From the NCBI GenBank assembly GCA_965222075.1, contig OZ244937.1:2432001-2496000 (forward strand): a DNA stretch of 64,000 nucleotides, given 5' to 3'. A program made the translations under genes and the position numbers. The DNA is from Candidatus Latescibacterota bacterium. Lineage in GTDB: Bacteria; Latescibacterota; UBA2968; GCA-2709665. The notes under the pieces are model-generated. The model made no database searches. It had not been told where the DNA came from and saw only the letters and a program-made list of their open reading frames with translations. Shown here in pieces: positions 10,037-20,034 of the stretch (positions are counted from its first letter, which is position 1; each line of letters starts with the position of its first letter).

Positions 10037-11062
10037 CTAACGCGGAGCTTCGCCTTCCCAGGTATAGTCCACGTATTCTCCCTCGGCCACGGCCCGGGCG
10101 GATGCCATCATCGTTTCAAGGTCCCCCCTGGGCCGGTACCCGATCCAGCTCTTCGCACGGGTGATGTCGTGGTCGTAGCGCCACCGCACGGGCAGGCGGA
10201 CCTCCAGAGGCTCCCGTCCGGTGATCTCGGCCAGCATCCCTGCCCCCTCGGGAAATGTGAATGGCGCGGGCGCCCCGGCGTTGAAGGATGCGTCTAAGGC
10301 GCCGGGCGCTTCCAGCGCGCAGACCAGGCACCCGGCGATATCCCGCGCATCGTTGGGCTGGTAGTACCACGGCCGTCCGTCCAGGTCCCGCATGCTGCAC
10401 GGCTGGTCCGGGTCTTCCGCCCGTGCCTCCACTTCCTCCCACAGCTTCCGCCCCTCGCCCGCGTAAAGCTCGCTTTTGGGGTTGTTCTCGGCCTTCCTCA
10501 GCACACTGCACACACAGGCAACCGTAAACTGCTTGAAAATCGCCGTCCCGGACAACACGTGGCTCGGCCGAACGATCACCGTCCGCAGCCCCGTGCACCG
10601 GGCCACCATCTCCGCGATCTCCTCCCCGATCAGCTTGGAGAGGGAATACTCGCTGTCGGGACGTTTCGGGTGCTGTTCGTCCACCGGGTGGTAGGCGCAG
10701 GCAAAAACTTCTCCGTTATTGGGAAAAACGCCGGAGGAACTCACGTAAATGTAGCGGTCGAGCGCGTCTGCCGCCTCACCACAGGCCCGGGCAACCTCCA
10801 GATTGGTCCGGACGTTGTTCTCGAAATAAGGGCCGACCAGATTGGCGGTGTGGATCACCGCATCCATCCCCCGCACCGCCTGTTTCGTGAACTCACCGTC
10901 GGTCAAATCGCCCGCAACAAGCTCGATATCCAGCCCCTCGATGCGCTCCAGCGCAGGATCTTCCAGGAGCACCGTGCCCCTCACCTCGTGGTTTCGTTCC
11001 AGGAGCTGCCGCACCAGCCGGCACCCCACCTGTCCGGCGGCCCCGGTGACAAGCGTTTTCAT
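10037..11062 (-). CDS. NAD-dependent epimerase/dehydratase
   Basis: LVTGAAGQVG Rossmann motif, YSLSK catalytic motif; start at MKTLVTG. Confidence 0.88.
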   Translation of the reverse strand: MKTLVTGAAGQVGCRLVRQLLERNHEVRGTVLLEDPALERIEGLDIELVAGDLTDGEFTKQAVRGMDAVIHTANLVGPYFENNVRTNLEVARACGEAADALDRYIYVSSSGVFPNNGEVFACAYHPVDEQHPKRPDSEYSLSKLIGEEIAEMVARCTGLRTVIVRPSHVLSGTAIFKQFTVACVCSVLRKAENNPKSELYAGEGRKLWEEVEARAEDPDQPCSMRDLDGRPWYYQPNDARDIAGCLVCALEAPGALDASFNAGAPAPFTFPEGAGMLAEITGREPLEVRLPVRWRYDHDITRAKSWIGYRPRGDLETMMASARAVAEGEYVDYTWEGEAPR

Positions 11063-11180
11063 AGCTTTTCCTCCATTTATCGTGAGTGCATCACACCAGC
11101 GCCGCTCCAGGCGCCTGCCGCGTGGAAAAACGTCCGGATGGTTCACCACTTCTTCAAAATGCAGGTGTCGCTTTTGACCA

Positions 11181-12153
11181 TCAATCGAAATTCACCTTTT
11201 CCGTCATCCGGCCGTATCGCGCCCGCAGTTCATCCACAACCTCCCGCGCCAGGGGAGGCAGGGCGAGGGCGTTCAGATTCTCCCGAACCTCGTCCGGGCT
11301 CTGGGCCCCCAGGATGATACAGGATACGCCGGGAGCAGCCAGGACAAATCGGATCGCCACCTGCGTCAGCGTCCTGTACGGGGCCCGAACGGCGATTTCG
11401 CGGAGTTCCTGGACGGTTCGGAGCGCGTATGCGAGCTTTTTCGGATTGTATCGCGCCCTGTGATCGTTGTCGGTGAAGACGTGGTCAGGCGCATACGAGC
11501 CAGTCAGGAGACCGCTTTCCAGCACCGTCCGCACGATAACCCCAACGCCGTTCTGTCCCGCCCGCTCAATCACCTCCATGTTCCGCTGTCGCAGAATATT
11601 GCAAACCACTTGAATAACGTCCACCTTTCCCGTCGCCATATAGGTATCGCACAGCGCCTCGGTCGCCGCTGTTACGTTCGGACCTTTGATCGAAGCCCCG
11701 ATTGAGCGGATCTTACCGGCCTTTTTGAGCGCAAGCATCTTTTCCAGCGCCTGCTCGATGACCTCCGGCGCTTCGGGCGGGGTGTGAAGAAAATAGACAT
11801 CCACATAATCCGTTCCGAGCGTTCGCAGCGTCCCTTCCAGATTTTCATCGATTTCGGCCACGCTCTCCGCGTCCGCACCCGCGTGGGTCTTGGACGAAAT
11901 GACAAGCAGTTCCCGATTTCCCGACTGCTTGAGATATTTCCCAATCATCCTCTCCGAATTGTTGTAGGTGCGTGCCGTGTCCAGGAAGTTCCCCCCGCCG
12001 TCCACATAGGCTTCCAGTACTTTCAGGGCCTGTTCCTCCGTTACCGCGCCATAGTTGAGGCGTGCACCCGTTCCCCCAAGGGGCCAGGTCCCCAACCTCG
12101 CTCACTTCCCGGCCCGTTCGACCCAGGCTCCGACGATTGATGTTTTTCAACAT
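11181..12153 (-). pseudogene. Aldo/keto reductase with a frameshift near codon 21
   Basis: N-terminus MLKNINRRSLGRTGREVSEVG is out of frame with LGTWPLGG...FLDTARTY...DYVDVYFLH. Confidence 0.75.
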
Positions 12154-12323
12154 TTCTTTTCTCTCTCCGTTGTAATGCAGACGGCCCCTGTGCCGGAATC
12201 GCCATTCTGAATATAGCCATTCCGTGGTGGAAGAGGCAAAGCCTTTCGGTACAAAGCGCAATCCCCGCCGGACAACGCAGCCAACGGGGATTGTCTGAAA
12301 CGGCGGCCCGGGAGGATCGCAAC

Positions 12324-13148
12324 CTAATCTTCCCACCGGTCCAGCCCCAGCAGCTTCCGCCCCAGCGGCGTCAGCTCTGCCGTCTTCCCTTCGTAATACT
12401 CTTTCTCCCGCTCGTTTTTGCCCAGCCCCGTCAGCCGCTCCTGCCAGCCCCGGATGCGCTCCTGGCGCGCCGCCTCGTCCGCTTCCCTCGCCGGCGACAT
12501 CGTGATGTACTGCGCGATCCGGGGCCGCTTAGCCCTGTTCGGGGAGCTCCCGTGCGGCAGCGCGCTGTGCCAGATCACCAGGTCCCCGGCCTTCCCCGAA
12601 ATCGGCGCGGCCTCCTGCCCGAATTCCTCCCTCACCCGCTGCCGGGGATCAACGCCCTCCGGCAGCCCCTCCAGCCAGTCCGCCAGCTTCCGGTGAAACC
12701 CTGGAATACACGTAAACGCCCCCTGGTTCGCCGCCGTATCCGCCAGATAGAGTACCCCCTGCACCCGAAACCGCGTTGGATCGCCCAGATCCATATCCCA
12801 GTGCAGATAAGGGCCTGTAAACGCGTAGCCCGGCCGCTCCGGCGGATTCAGGCTTGCCCGGTCGAAGCTCACCCACAGCCTCTCTGTCCCCCAGATCTCC
12901 GAAAACGCCCCATGCACCCGGGGGTACTGACGGTTGTCCCACAGCGCCTGGTGCTGGTAGATCTCCACCATAATCCCCCGCCTGGGCGGGTCGGGGTACC
13001 AGGTCTCCGGATCGTCCGGTTCCATCTCCAAAAACGCCCACACCGCCTGCTCGGCCGCCCGGCAGTTCTCCGGGGATGCGGCGCTACGTACCACCAGGTA
13101 CCCGTTCTCCTCCCAGAACCTCCGATCCTCCGCGCTCAAAACAGGCAT
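12324..13148 (-). CDS. Phytanoyl-CoA dioxygenase (PhyH) family
   Basis: FWEENGYLVV, LHWD, GDLVIWHSALPHG, R..QY. Confidence 0.88.
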   Translation of the reverse strand: MPVLSAEDRRFWEENGYLVVRSAASPENCRAAEQAVWAFLEMEPDDPETWYPDPPRRGIMVEIYQHQALWDNRQYPRVHGAFSEIWGTERLWVSFDRASLNPPERPGYAFTGPYLHWDMDLGDPTRFRVQGVLYLADTAANQGAFTCIPGFHRKLADWLEGLPEGVDPRQRVREEFGQEAAPISGKAGDLVIWHSALPHGSSPNRAKRPRIAQYITMSPAREADEAARQERIRGWQERLTGLGKNEREKEYYEGKTAELTPLGRKLLGLDRWED

Positions 13149-13240
13149 ACGAACCTCCTCTTGCGATCAGCAATCCCCCTTCGCCGCGTCGCCCCCATCG
13201 GTCCGCTGAAATACGGCGTCAACTCGCCTCTTCCTCCCCG

Positions 13241-14266
13241 TTAATTCTCCGAATTCACCGCCTGGATCATGGCCTTGATGTAGCCAAACTGGAAGGCAAA
13301 CGCCTGCTCGAAGCTCCCTGGAGCGTCATGTCCGGGCGCGTGGTCGGGCACGACCATATGGGGGTAGCCGACCTCTTTCAGGGTCTTCATCAGCGTGTTC
13401 ATATTCATCACACCTTCGTCCGGCCAGACCTCCTGGAATTTATTTCGACCTCCGATGATGTTTCGGTAATGGATCAGGTGAATCTTCTTTCGTTCACCGA
13501 AGTACCGGATGATGCCGGGCACCTCGTTGGCCGGGTCTTTCACACTCTCGGCCATACATCCCAGGCAGAGGTTGAGCCCGTGGTAGGGGCTGGGACAGAT
13601 CTCGAGGAAGTGCTTGAAGCCCTCGGCCCCACCCAGGACGCGGTCCACGCCCTTGTACCCCGGCGGCAGCCACGGATCGCACGGGTGGCAGGCCATGCGC
13701 ACCTTGCATTCCTCTGCAACGGGAATGACGCGCTCAAGGAAAAAGGTGACCCGCGCCCAGTTCTCCTCCGCGGTCACGGGCTTGTCGTACCGGGGCGTGT
13801 CCGCGTCGGCCCTGGAGAGATCCCAGGTGGAATATCTCACGCCGCCCCGGCCCGGCGGCGTGCTCTCCGTACGCTGGTTTTCCATCTCGCACAGGAAATA
13901 CTTGATGGCGGGGATGCCCGCATCCGCCGTCGCCCTTACCATCTTGCAGACCAGTTCGATCTCCTTCTCGCCCTTCTCCTGGTTCCCCAGCATGTAATTG
14001 GGAACCGATCCCCCATCTTCGTTGAACTGGTGAATGGGCAGAGCCACCATCTCCATATCTACGCCATAGCTTTTGCACTTCTCCTTCTTCGCGGCCAGTT
14101 CTTCCGCGTCCCATCCGTAGTCGTGAGAAAAGGTAATGTCGTTGACGGCCATACTGTTCACACCAAGACGCTCGAGAAATGCAAGGTGTTCATCGGATGT
14201 CGTGAACCGCTGAGTGCCCACGTGCATTTGCGGATTTTGGGGATCCCAGGACGCACTTGTTTCCAT
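13241..14266 (-). CDS. Mannonate dehydratase (UxuA) family
   Basis: FLERVIPVAEE, MACHPCDP, GLNLCLG, IHYRNI, EVWPDEG, VPDHAP. Confidence 0.85.
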   Translation of the reverse strand: METSASWDPQNPQMHVGTQRFTTSDEHLAFLERLGVNSMAVNDITFSHDYGWDAEELAAKKEKCKSYGVDMEMVALPIHQFNEDGGSVPNYMLGNQEKGEKEIELVCKMVRATADAGIPAIKYFLCEMENQRTESTPPGRGGVRYSTWDLSRADADTPRYDKPVTAEENWARVTFFLERVIPVAEECKVRMACHPCDPWLPPGYKGVDRVLGGAEGFKHFLEICPSPYHGLNLCLGCMAESVKDPANEVPGIIRYFGERKKIHLIHYRNIIGGRNKFQEVWPDEGVMNMNTLMKTLKEVGYPHMVVPDHAPGHDAPGSFEQAFAFQFGYIKAMIQAVNSEN

Positions 14267-14517
14267 TGTAAAGTCTCCTTTCTATGCCTGCCCTGTTGTG
14301 GTACTGTTGACCGCTCTCCGTCTTCTGCCCGGATCGGCAGTTTTCAGGCTTGAAGCCAGCCCCACTTTTGAACAAAGATTGATAATACACCGGTTTTTGA
14401 AGCCGCGCAAGCAGAAAGTGGCGCCCGGTCACCCGACAGAGAGGGAAAAAAACAAGTGCCGATCTTACATAAGTCGGCACTTGTACAACCTGCGAAAATC
14501 CTCGGGGTGTTTCCGGA

Positions 14518-14718
14518 TTATCGCTTCACCACGTTTGCGGCCTGGAGCCCCTTGGGGCCCTGAGCAATGTCGAATTCGACATTGTCACCCTCGGCCAACG
14601 ACTTAAATCCATCGCCCTGGATCGCAGAATAATGGACAAATACATCTTCGCCGCCATCCTGTTCGATAAAGCCAAAGCCCTTGGAGTCGTTAAACCACTT
14701 CACTGTGCCATCTGCCAA
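14518..14718 (-). CDS. cspA: Cold-shock protein
   Basis: [15 protein letters not shown]...DVFVHYSAI...GFKSL; TTG start. Confidence 0.95.
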   Translation of the reverse strand: MADGTVKWFNDSKGFGFIEQDGGEDVFVHYSAIQGDGFKSLAEGDNVEFDIAQGPKGLQAANVVKR

Positions 14719-15027
14719 CTGTCTTCACCACCTTTCTATATTGGAATTTCTGTGCCGGGTCGCCCAAATAAAAAAAACGGCAAAGATCGGAATTTCTGAT
14801 CCTTGCCGTATCATTTTCGTGTTCGACTGCACAGGAGACAGAAACTACATTCTTCTATTCGCCTGATAAGATACTCAATTCCTCCTTAAAAGTCAACAGT
14901 TTTTTATCTCATCCAGCAGCGCCCGGCAGCACCGCAAGCCCACCCAACGCAACCGGACAAGCGTGAATATTGAAAATTTTCAATATTCAGTATTCAGGTC
15001 TCTGCAGTAAACGCTTACCCTCACGCC

Positions 15028-16035
15028 TCACGCGCAGTCCGGATGCCCATCAACCCAGCGTCCGAATTTCACGTCCATCTGTCCATCCTGATTGACCTTC
15101 GACATCCTCTCCCGGGTCTCCAGCCACATCTCCGTCCATCGGTCCGCGTCCCGAAGCTCGGTTTCCGGATGCTTCCGGCTGCGGGCCACGAACCCCGGGA
15201 ACACCTCGCGGCCCGTGTGATGGCCGATCGGATTGTACCGCAGGTCGAAACTCCACCGGATCGTATCGCTCACATTGGGCAGCGACCCGTGCACCGTCTG
15301 CTTGTGCACCAGGATGACCGTCCCCCGTTTCACCGGTAGCGCAACCGTGCGCTCCACCTCGAACAACCGCTCCGGAATCTGCCTGCCCCCTGCCAGCTTC
15401 GGTCCGTTTCCGTGGTAATTCGGACAGTGGGTCAACAGGCCGCTCCTGTGGCTGCCCGGCACCACCTTCAGCGGCCCCTGTTCGAGTGAAACGTCCTGCA
15501 GCGCGAACCACACGGTCAGCATCCGGGTCTCATCCGCCTCCTCGATGACCACCCCCTGGTCCTGGTGCCAGTGCGTTTCGCCTAAGATCGGATTCCCGAA
15601 TTGATCTTTGGGCAGAATCTGTTCGGGCGGTTTGATACGAACGTGCTGCACCGGATTCGAATAGATCTCCGGCCCGATCAGGGATTCCACAGCATCCAAG
15701 AGGGACTCCGCCGTAAACGCGTTGAGCACGGCCTGTCCGGACCAGAAGGGCGTGTCCGGTTCCACCCCACTGAACGGCAGGGAGAAATCGAAATACTGCT
15801 TGTGAACGTCCCCCGTCTCAATGCAGATCTTGATGAACCGCTCGCCGAACGGCAGGTCTTCAAATCGCGAGGAAATCTCCTCCCGCTCATAAAGCTTATC
15901 CGCCAGACGGTCCAGCACGCCGGTATACTCCTCGATCACCGGGTCCAGGACCGCTTCAGGATCAAGCACGTCCTCGGCCACAACAAAACCCTGTTCCTCA
16001 AACTGTTCGACCTGTTCACGGGTCAACGCGCCCAT
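15028..16035 (-). CDS. Phytanoyl-CoA dioxygenase (PhyH) family
   Basis: FEEQGFVV, HWHQD, VVPGSH, HGSLPN...RWSFDLRY; start at MGALTREQ. Confidence 0.88.
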   Translation of the reverse strand: MGALTREQVEQFEEQGFVVAEDVLDPEAVLDPVIEEYTGVLDRLADKLYEREEISSRFEDLPFGERFIKICIETGDVHKQYFDFSLPFSGVEPDTPFWSGQAVLNAFTAESLLDAVESLIGPEIYSNPVQHVRIKPPEQILPKDQFGNPILGETHWHQDQGVVIEEADETRMLTVWFALQDVSLEQGPLKVVPGSHRSGLLTHCPNYHGNGPKLAGGRQIPERLFEVERTVALPVKRGTVILVHKQTVHGSLPNVSDTIRWSFDLRYNPIGHHTGREVFPGFVARSRKHPETELRDADRWTEMWLETRERMSKVNQDGQMDVKFGRWVDGHPDCA

Positions 16036-16175
16036 TGTATGTCCCTCCTTTTCAGTTCCAGGTTGCACGCCGTACCGAAAATATAAGGCAATTGTCACGT
16101 ACCGGAAACAAAAATCTGACCCTGACCCGCGTCCGTCTCTCAAAACCGCACACGATTTGTTCCTTCTGCCCCTGC

Positions 16176-16658
16176 CTATTTCCGGCTGCGCTTTCGCATC
16201 TCCTTCGCAGCCCCCCTCATCGCTTCCACAACCTTTGTGTAGCCCGTGCAGCGGCACAGGTTTCCGGCCAGGGCCCGGCGGATCTCATCCTCCGTGGGAT
16301 CGGGGCGATCGTTCAAAAGCGCAAACCCTGAAACAATAATACCCGGCGTACAGAAGCCGCACTGCAATCCTCCCAGGTCCACCATCGCTTCCTGAATGGG
16401 GTGAAGTTTTCCTCCCTCTGAAATCCCTTCAACGGTGGTGATCTCCCGCCCGTTGGCCTGCATGGCCAGGACCAGGCAGGAAGTGACCGGTTGGCCGTCC
16501 ATCAGCACCGTGCAGGCCCCGCAGTCGCCCGTACTGCACCCCTCCTTGGTCCCCGTCAACCCCAGCCGGTCACGCAACACGGCCAAGAGGGTCTTGCGGG
16601 GCTCTACCGACAGCTCGTACGCATTGTCGTTTACCGTCATCTCAATCTCGTATTTCAT
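16176..16658 (-). CDS. Xanthine dehydrogenase family 2Fe-2S subunit (CoxS-like)
   Basis: GTKEGCSTGDCGAC, QCGFCTPG, GNLCRCTGY. Confidence 0.95.
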   Translation of the reverse strand: MKYEIEMTVNDNAYELSVEPRKTLLAVLRDRLGLTGTKEGCSTGDCGACTVLMDGQPVTSCLVLAMQANGREITTVEGISEGGKLHPIQEAMVDLGGLQCGFCTPGIIVSGFALLNDRPDPTEDEIRRALAGNLCRCTGYTKVVEAMRGAAKEMRKRSRK

Positions 16659-17551
16659 GCGGCCCTCCTTCCCAAGCCTGACTTCAGCCGGGCATCCTCA
16701 CAGGCGGCCGCCACCATCCGGCCGGTCAGCACCCGGACCATCTCGCGCCGGAACTCGGCCGAGCCCCGCACATCGCTGATCGGCCGGGCTTCGCCGGCAG
16801 CCGCATCGGCCGCTTCGTCGATCAACCCGGGCGTCGGTTTCCGACCCCGCAAAACCCGCTCGGCCTGCTTTGCCCGCATCGGCACAGGCGCCACCGCGCC
16901 CAGGACGATCCTGATTTCCTTGCACGCGCCCGTGCGGGGCGCCAAGGTCACCGCCGCCCCCACGCCCACCGCGGCAATATCCATCGCCCCCCGGGGGGTG
17001 TGCCGCACGTAGGCCGAACCGGTCCGGGGCACCGGCACAGGCGCCTCAACTGCCGTTACAAACTCCCCGGCCTTAAGCGCCGTCTGCCCGGGGCCGGTCA
17101 TGAAATTTTCGACCAGAAGCGACCGCCGCCCGCCCGGCCCGGCGATCCGCACCCTGGCCCCGTGAACGATCAGGCCCGGCGCCGCATCCGCCGAAGGCGC
17201 GGCATTGCAGATATTCCCCACCACCGTCGCCAGGTTTCGGATCTGGAAAGAACCGACCACTCCCGCCCCCTGCGCAAGGGCCGGGTAGCGCCCACAGGCC
17301 ACCGGCGAAAGCTCCACCTGCCGCATCGTCACCGCAGCGCCAATCCTCAGGCCGCTCTTCCGGTTAAACCGCAGCCCGTCAAGCCCGGAAATCCGTGTCA
17401 CGTCCACAACCGCCTCCGGCTTCCAGACCCGGCCCTTCATCCGGACCAGCATGTCGGTACCCCCAGCCAGGACCATCGCCTCTGGATGCGCCCTCAGCGC
17501 CTCCACAGCCTCCCGAACCGTCCGGGGCGCGAAATAGTCAAAGCTGTGCAA
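16655..17551 (-). CDS. Xanthine dehydrogenase family FAD subunit (CoxM-like)
   Basis: LAGGTD, QIRNLATVVGNICNAAPSAD, SDVRGSAEFR. Confidence 0.93.
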   Translation of the reverse strand: MHSFDYFAPRTVREAVEALRAHPEAMVLAGGTDMLVRMKGRVWKPEAVVDVTRISGLDGLRFNRKSGLRIGAAVTMRQVELSPVACGRYPALAQGAGVVGSFQIRNLATVVGNICNAAPSADAAPGLIVHGARVRIAGPGGRRSLLVENFMTGPGQTALKAGEFVTAVEAPVPVPRTGSAYVRHTPRGAMDIAAVGVGAAVTLAPRTGACKEIRIVLGAVAPVPMRAKQAERVLRGRKPTPGLIDEAADAAAGEARPISDVRGSAEFRREMVRVLTGRMVAAACEDARLKSGLGRRAA

Positions 17552-17573
17552 TTTGTACCCCCCTTTCCAAAAT

Positions 17574-19766
17574 TCAATCCCGCAACGCTGCCACCACCCG
17601 CTCCGGCGTCATCGGCATCTCCGTCACCCTCGCGCCCACCGCATCGTAAATCGCGTTGGCAACCGCCGCAGCCCCCGGAATAATCGGGGGTTCGCCCACC
17701 CCCTTGGCGCCGTATGGCCCCAGCTCGCAGGGGTCCTCAACCAGCACCGTCTTGATGTTCGGCACATCCAGCGCCGTGGGAATCGCATAGTCCAGCAAAT
17801 TCGGGTTCAGCACCCGCCCCTCGTCGTCGTACTGGTAGCCTTCCATCAGCCCGAAACTGATCGACTGCACCGCACCGCCCTGCATCTGCCCCTCCACCAG
17901 CATCGGGTTGAGCGCCCGTCCCACGTCCTGCGCGGCCACCAGGTCGATCAGGCGCACCTGTCCCGTCCCTGTGTCCACCTCCACGGTGGCGACCTCCACC
18001 GAATAGGTCGGATAGGTGGGGATCCGGTTCAGCACCCCCCGCCCGCTGATCGGCCCTTCCTCCGAATCGATCGCCTTCTCGGCCAGTTCGCCCACGCCGA
18101 CCCTGTGGTCCGGCGAGCCGATCACCTCCACCCTTTCATCCGCGATCGTCAGGTCCTCCGGGGAGACCTCCAGCCGCTCCGCAGCCAGCCGCAGCAGCCG
18201 CTCCCGGGCCTCCAGGGCCGCCTTTCGGGCCGCCGTGCCCGCCGAATAGGCCGCCTTGCTCCCCGCGCTTAACGAGGTATAGGGCACCATATCCGTATCC
18301 CCCAGGGTCACCGTCACCTTCTCCACCGGCACCCCCAACTCCTCGGCCACAATCTGCGCCATCACCGTGTGCAGCCCCGTGATGTCCACCTGCCCGGTCA
18401 CCACCGACACCGACCCGTCTGCGGCCATCGTCACAAAAGCGCTCGTCTGCCCCGACGCATTCTGCCAGTCCCCTACCGCAATCCCCATCCCCTGGTTGCG
18501 CTTCAGCCGTCGCCTGCCCCACCGGACCGCCTCTGCGGCCTTCCGGATGGTATCCTTCATCCAGTCGTGCTGGAGGGGCGCCCCGCTCGGCGCATAGTCG
18601 CCCGCACTCAGCCCGTTCACCAGCCGGATCTCCACCGGATCGATCCCCAGCTCCCGGGCCACCATATCGATATTCGACTCCCGGGCCACCGCCGTCTGCG
18701 GCCCCCCCGGCGCCCGATAGGCCCCCGGGGTCGGCTTGTTCGTGCGCGTGGCAAACCCCTCCAACATCACGTTTGGAATCTTGTAAGGCCCCAGCAGCCG
18801 GTTCGAGGCCCCCCCGCGCCCTTCAATCCCCCCGTCCCAGACGATGCGCCCCTCCACCGCCATCAGCATCCCGTCTTTCCGTGCCCCCGTCTTCAGCCGC
18901 ACCCAGCACCCCGGCGCCGGACGGCCGTCCAGAAACTCCTCCTCACGGTTCATCGTCACCTTCACCGGCCGCCCCGTGCGTATGGCCAGCAGCGCCGTCT
19001 GAGCCTCCAGGATCAGCCTGTTCTTGGCGCCAAAGCTCCCCCCCGTCTCCGTCATAATCACCCGCACGCGGCCCTCGGGAACCTTCAGCGCGCTGGCCAG
19101 GTCCTCCCGGATGGTAAACGTGCCCTGCCCCGACTTCCACAGCGTAATCCGCCCATTCGCCTCCACCCGTGCAGTCGCCGAGGTCGGCTCCATATACGTC
19201 TGGTGGAAATAGGGCATGCGGTACTCCGCCTCAAACACCGCATCCGATTCTGCAAATCCCCTCTCCACATCCCCTTCCTCGATCACCTGGTACGACGTCA
19301 CATTGCGCAGCCGCCTCCCCTCCGAATCGGTCACCGCCTCGGTCGGCGCGCCCAGCTGCGCCTCCGGGGCGTCCGGGTGGATGGCCGCGGCCGGATCGAT
19401 CACCGGGGGCAGCGTCTCGTAGTTCACCTCGATCAGCTCCAGGGCGTCTTCGGCGATATCCAGGTCCACCGCCGCCACCGCCGCCACCTTTTGCCCCTCG
19501 TAACAGACCTCCTCCGATGGAAAGATCGACAGCTCCGGCACGTCCTGCGCGCAGACCACGTCCACCACCCCCGGCAGCGCCCGCGCTTTCGATAGATCGA
19601 TCCGCCGGATGCGGGCATGCGCGTGCGGGCTGCGCAAAATGCGCCCATAGAGCATCCCCGGCAGCTGAATATCATCCGCATAGGCCACCCGACCCGTCAC
19701 AATATCCGGCCCGTTGAGCCTGGGCACGCGCTTCCCCACGACCTTCAACGCATCCTCATGTCCCAT
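17574..19766 (-). CDS. Xanthine dehydrogenase family molybdopterin-binding subunit
   Basis: LRSPHAHARI, GGSFGAK, AYRAPG, GQMQGG, GAKGVGE; start at MGHEDALK after AGGAGG. Confidence 0.93.
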   Translation of the reverse strand: MGHEDALKVVGKRVPRLNGPDIVTGRVAYADDIQLPGMLYGRILRSPHAHARIRRIDLSKARALPGVVDVVCAQDVPELSIFPSEEVCYEGQKVAAVAAVDLDIAEDALELIEVNYETLPPVIDPAAAIHPDAPEAQLGAPTEAVTDSEGRRLRNVTSYQVIEEGDVERGFAESDAVFEAEYRMPYFHQTYMEPTSATARVEANGRITLWKSGQGTFTIREDLASALKVPEGRVRVIMTETGGSFGAKNRLILEAQTALLAIRTGRPVKVTMNREEEFLDGRPAPGCWVRLKTGARKDGMLMAVEGRIVWDGGIEGRGGASNRLLGPYKIPNVMLEGFATRTNKPTPGAYRAPGGPQTAVARESNIDMVARELGIDPVEIRLVNGLSAGDYAPSGAPLQHDWMKDTIRKAAEAVRWGRRRLKRNQGMGIAVGDWQNASGQTSAFVTMAADGSVSVVTGQVDITGLHTVMAQIVAEELGVPVEKVTVTLGDTDMVPYTSLSAGSKAAYSAGTAARKAALEARERLLRLAAERLEVSPEDLTIADERVEVIGSPDHRVGVGELAEKAIDSEEGPISGRGVLNRIPTYPTYSVEVATVEVDTGTGQVRLIDLVAAQDVGRALNPMLVEGQMQGGAVQSISFGLMEGYQYDDEGRVLNPNLLDYAIPTALDVPNIKTVLVEDPCELGPYGAKGVGEPPIIPGAAAVANAIYDAVGARVTEMPMTPERVVAALRD

Positions 19767-20000
19767 ACCGGTCCTCCTTTTGGTTCTACCTCGTCCAAGA
19801 GGTTGAAGAAAAACAGGTTGTGCCAAGATAATATCCCACAGTGGAAAGTCAAGAACAGAAATGGTCAATGAGCCAGGAAGCCCCCCGGAGCGATCGGTTC
19901 TGGGAGCGGTTCGCACCACTTTTAATGCCAGAGGCCTGCCTTGACTTCCCATCGGTCTTGCCGTATCTTCCTTTGCCTGCTGAGACCTTTTCTTAAACAT

Positions 20001-20030
20001 TCTCTGCGTCCTCTGTGTCTCTGTGGTGAA
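20001..20030 (-). repeat. Short intergenic CACAGAG-type repeated element
   Basis: Minus strand TTCACCACAGAGACACAGAGGACGCAGAGA: three imperfect CRCAGAG units; single copy in window. Confidence 0.4.
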
Positions 20031-20034
20031 TACC

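Noticed and set aside
17574-19766. Aerobic CO dehydrogenase (form I CoxL)
   Set aside because: The active-site loop is AYRAPG, not AYXCSFR; substrate unknown.
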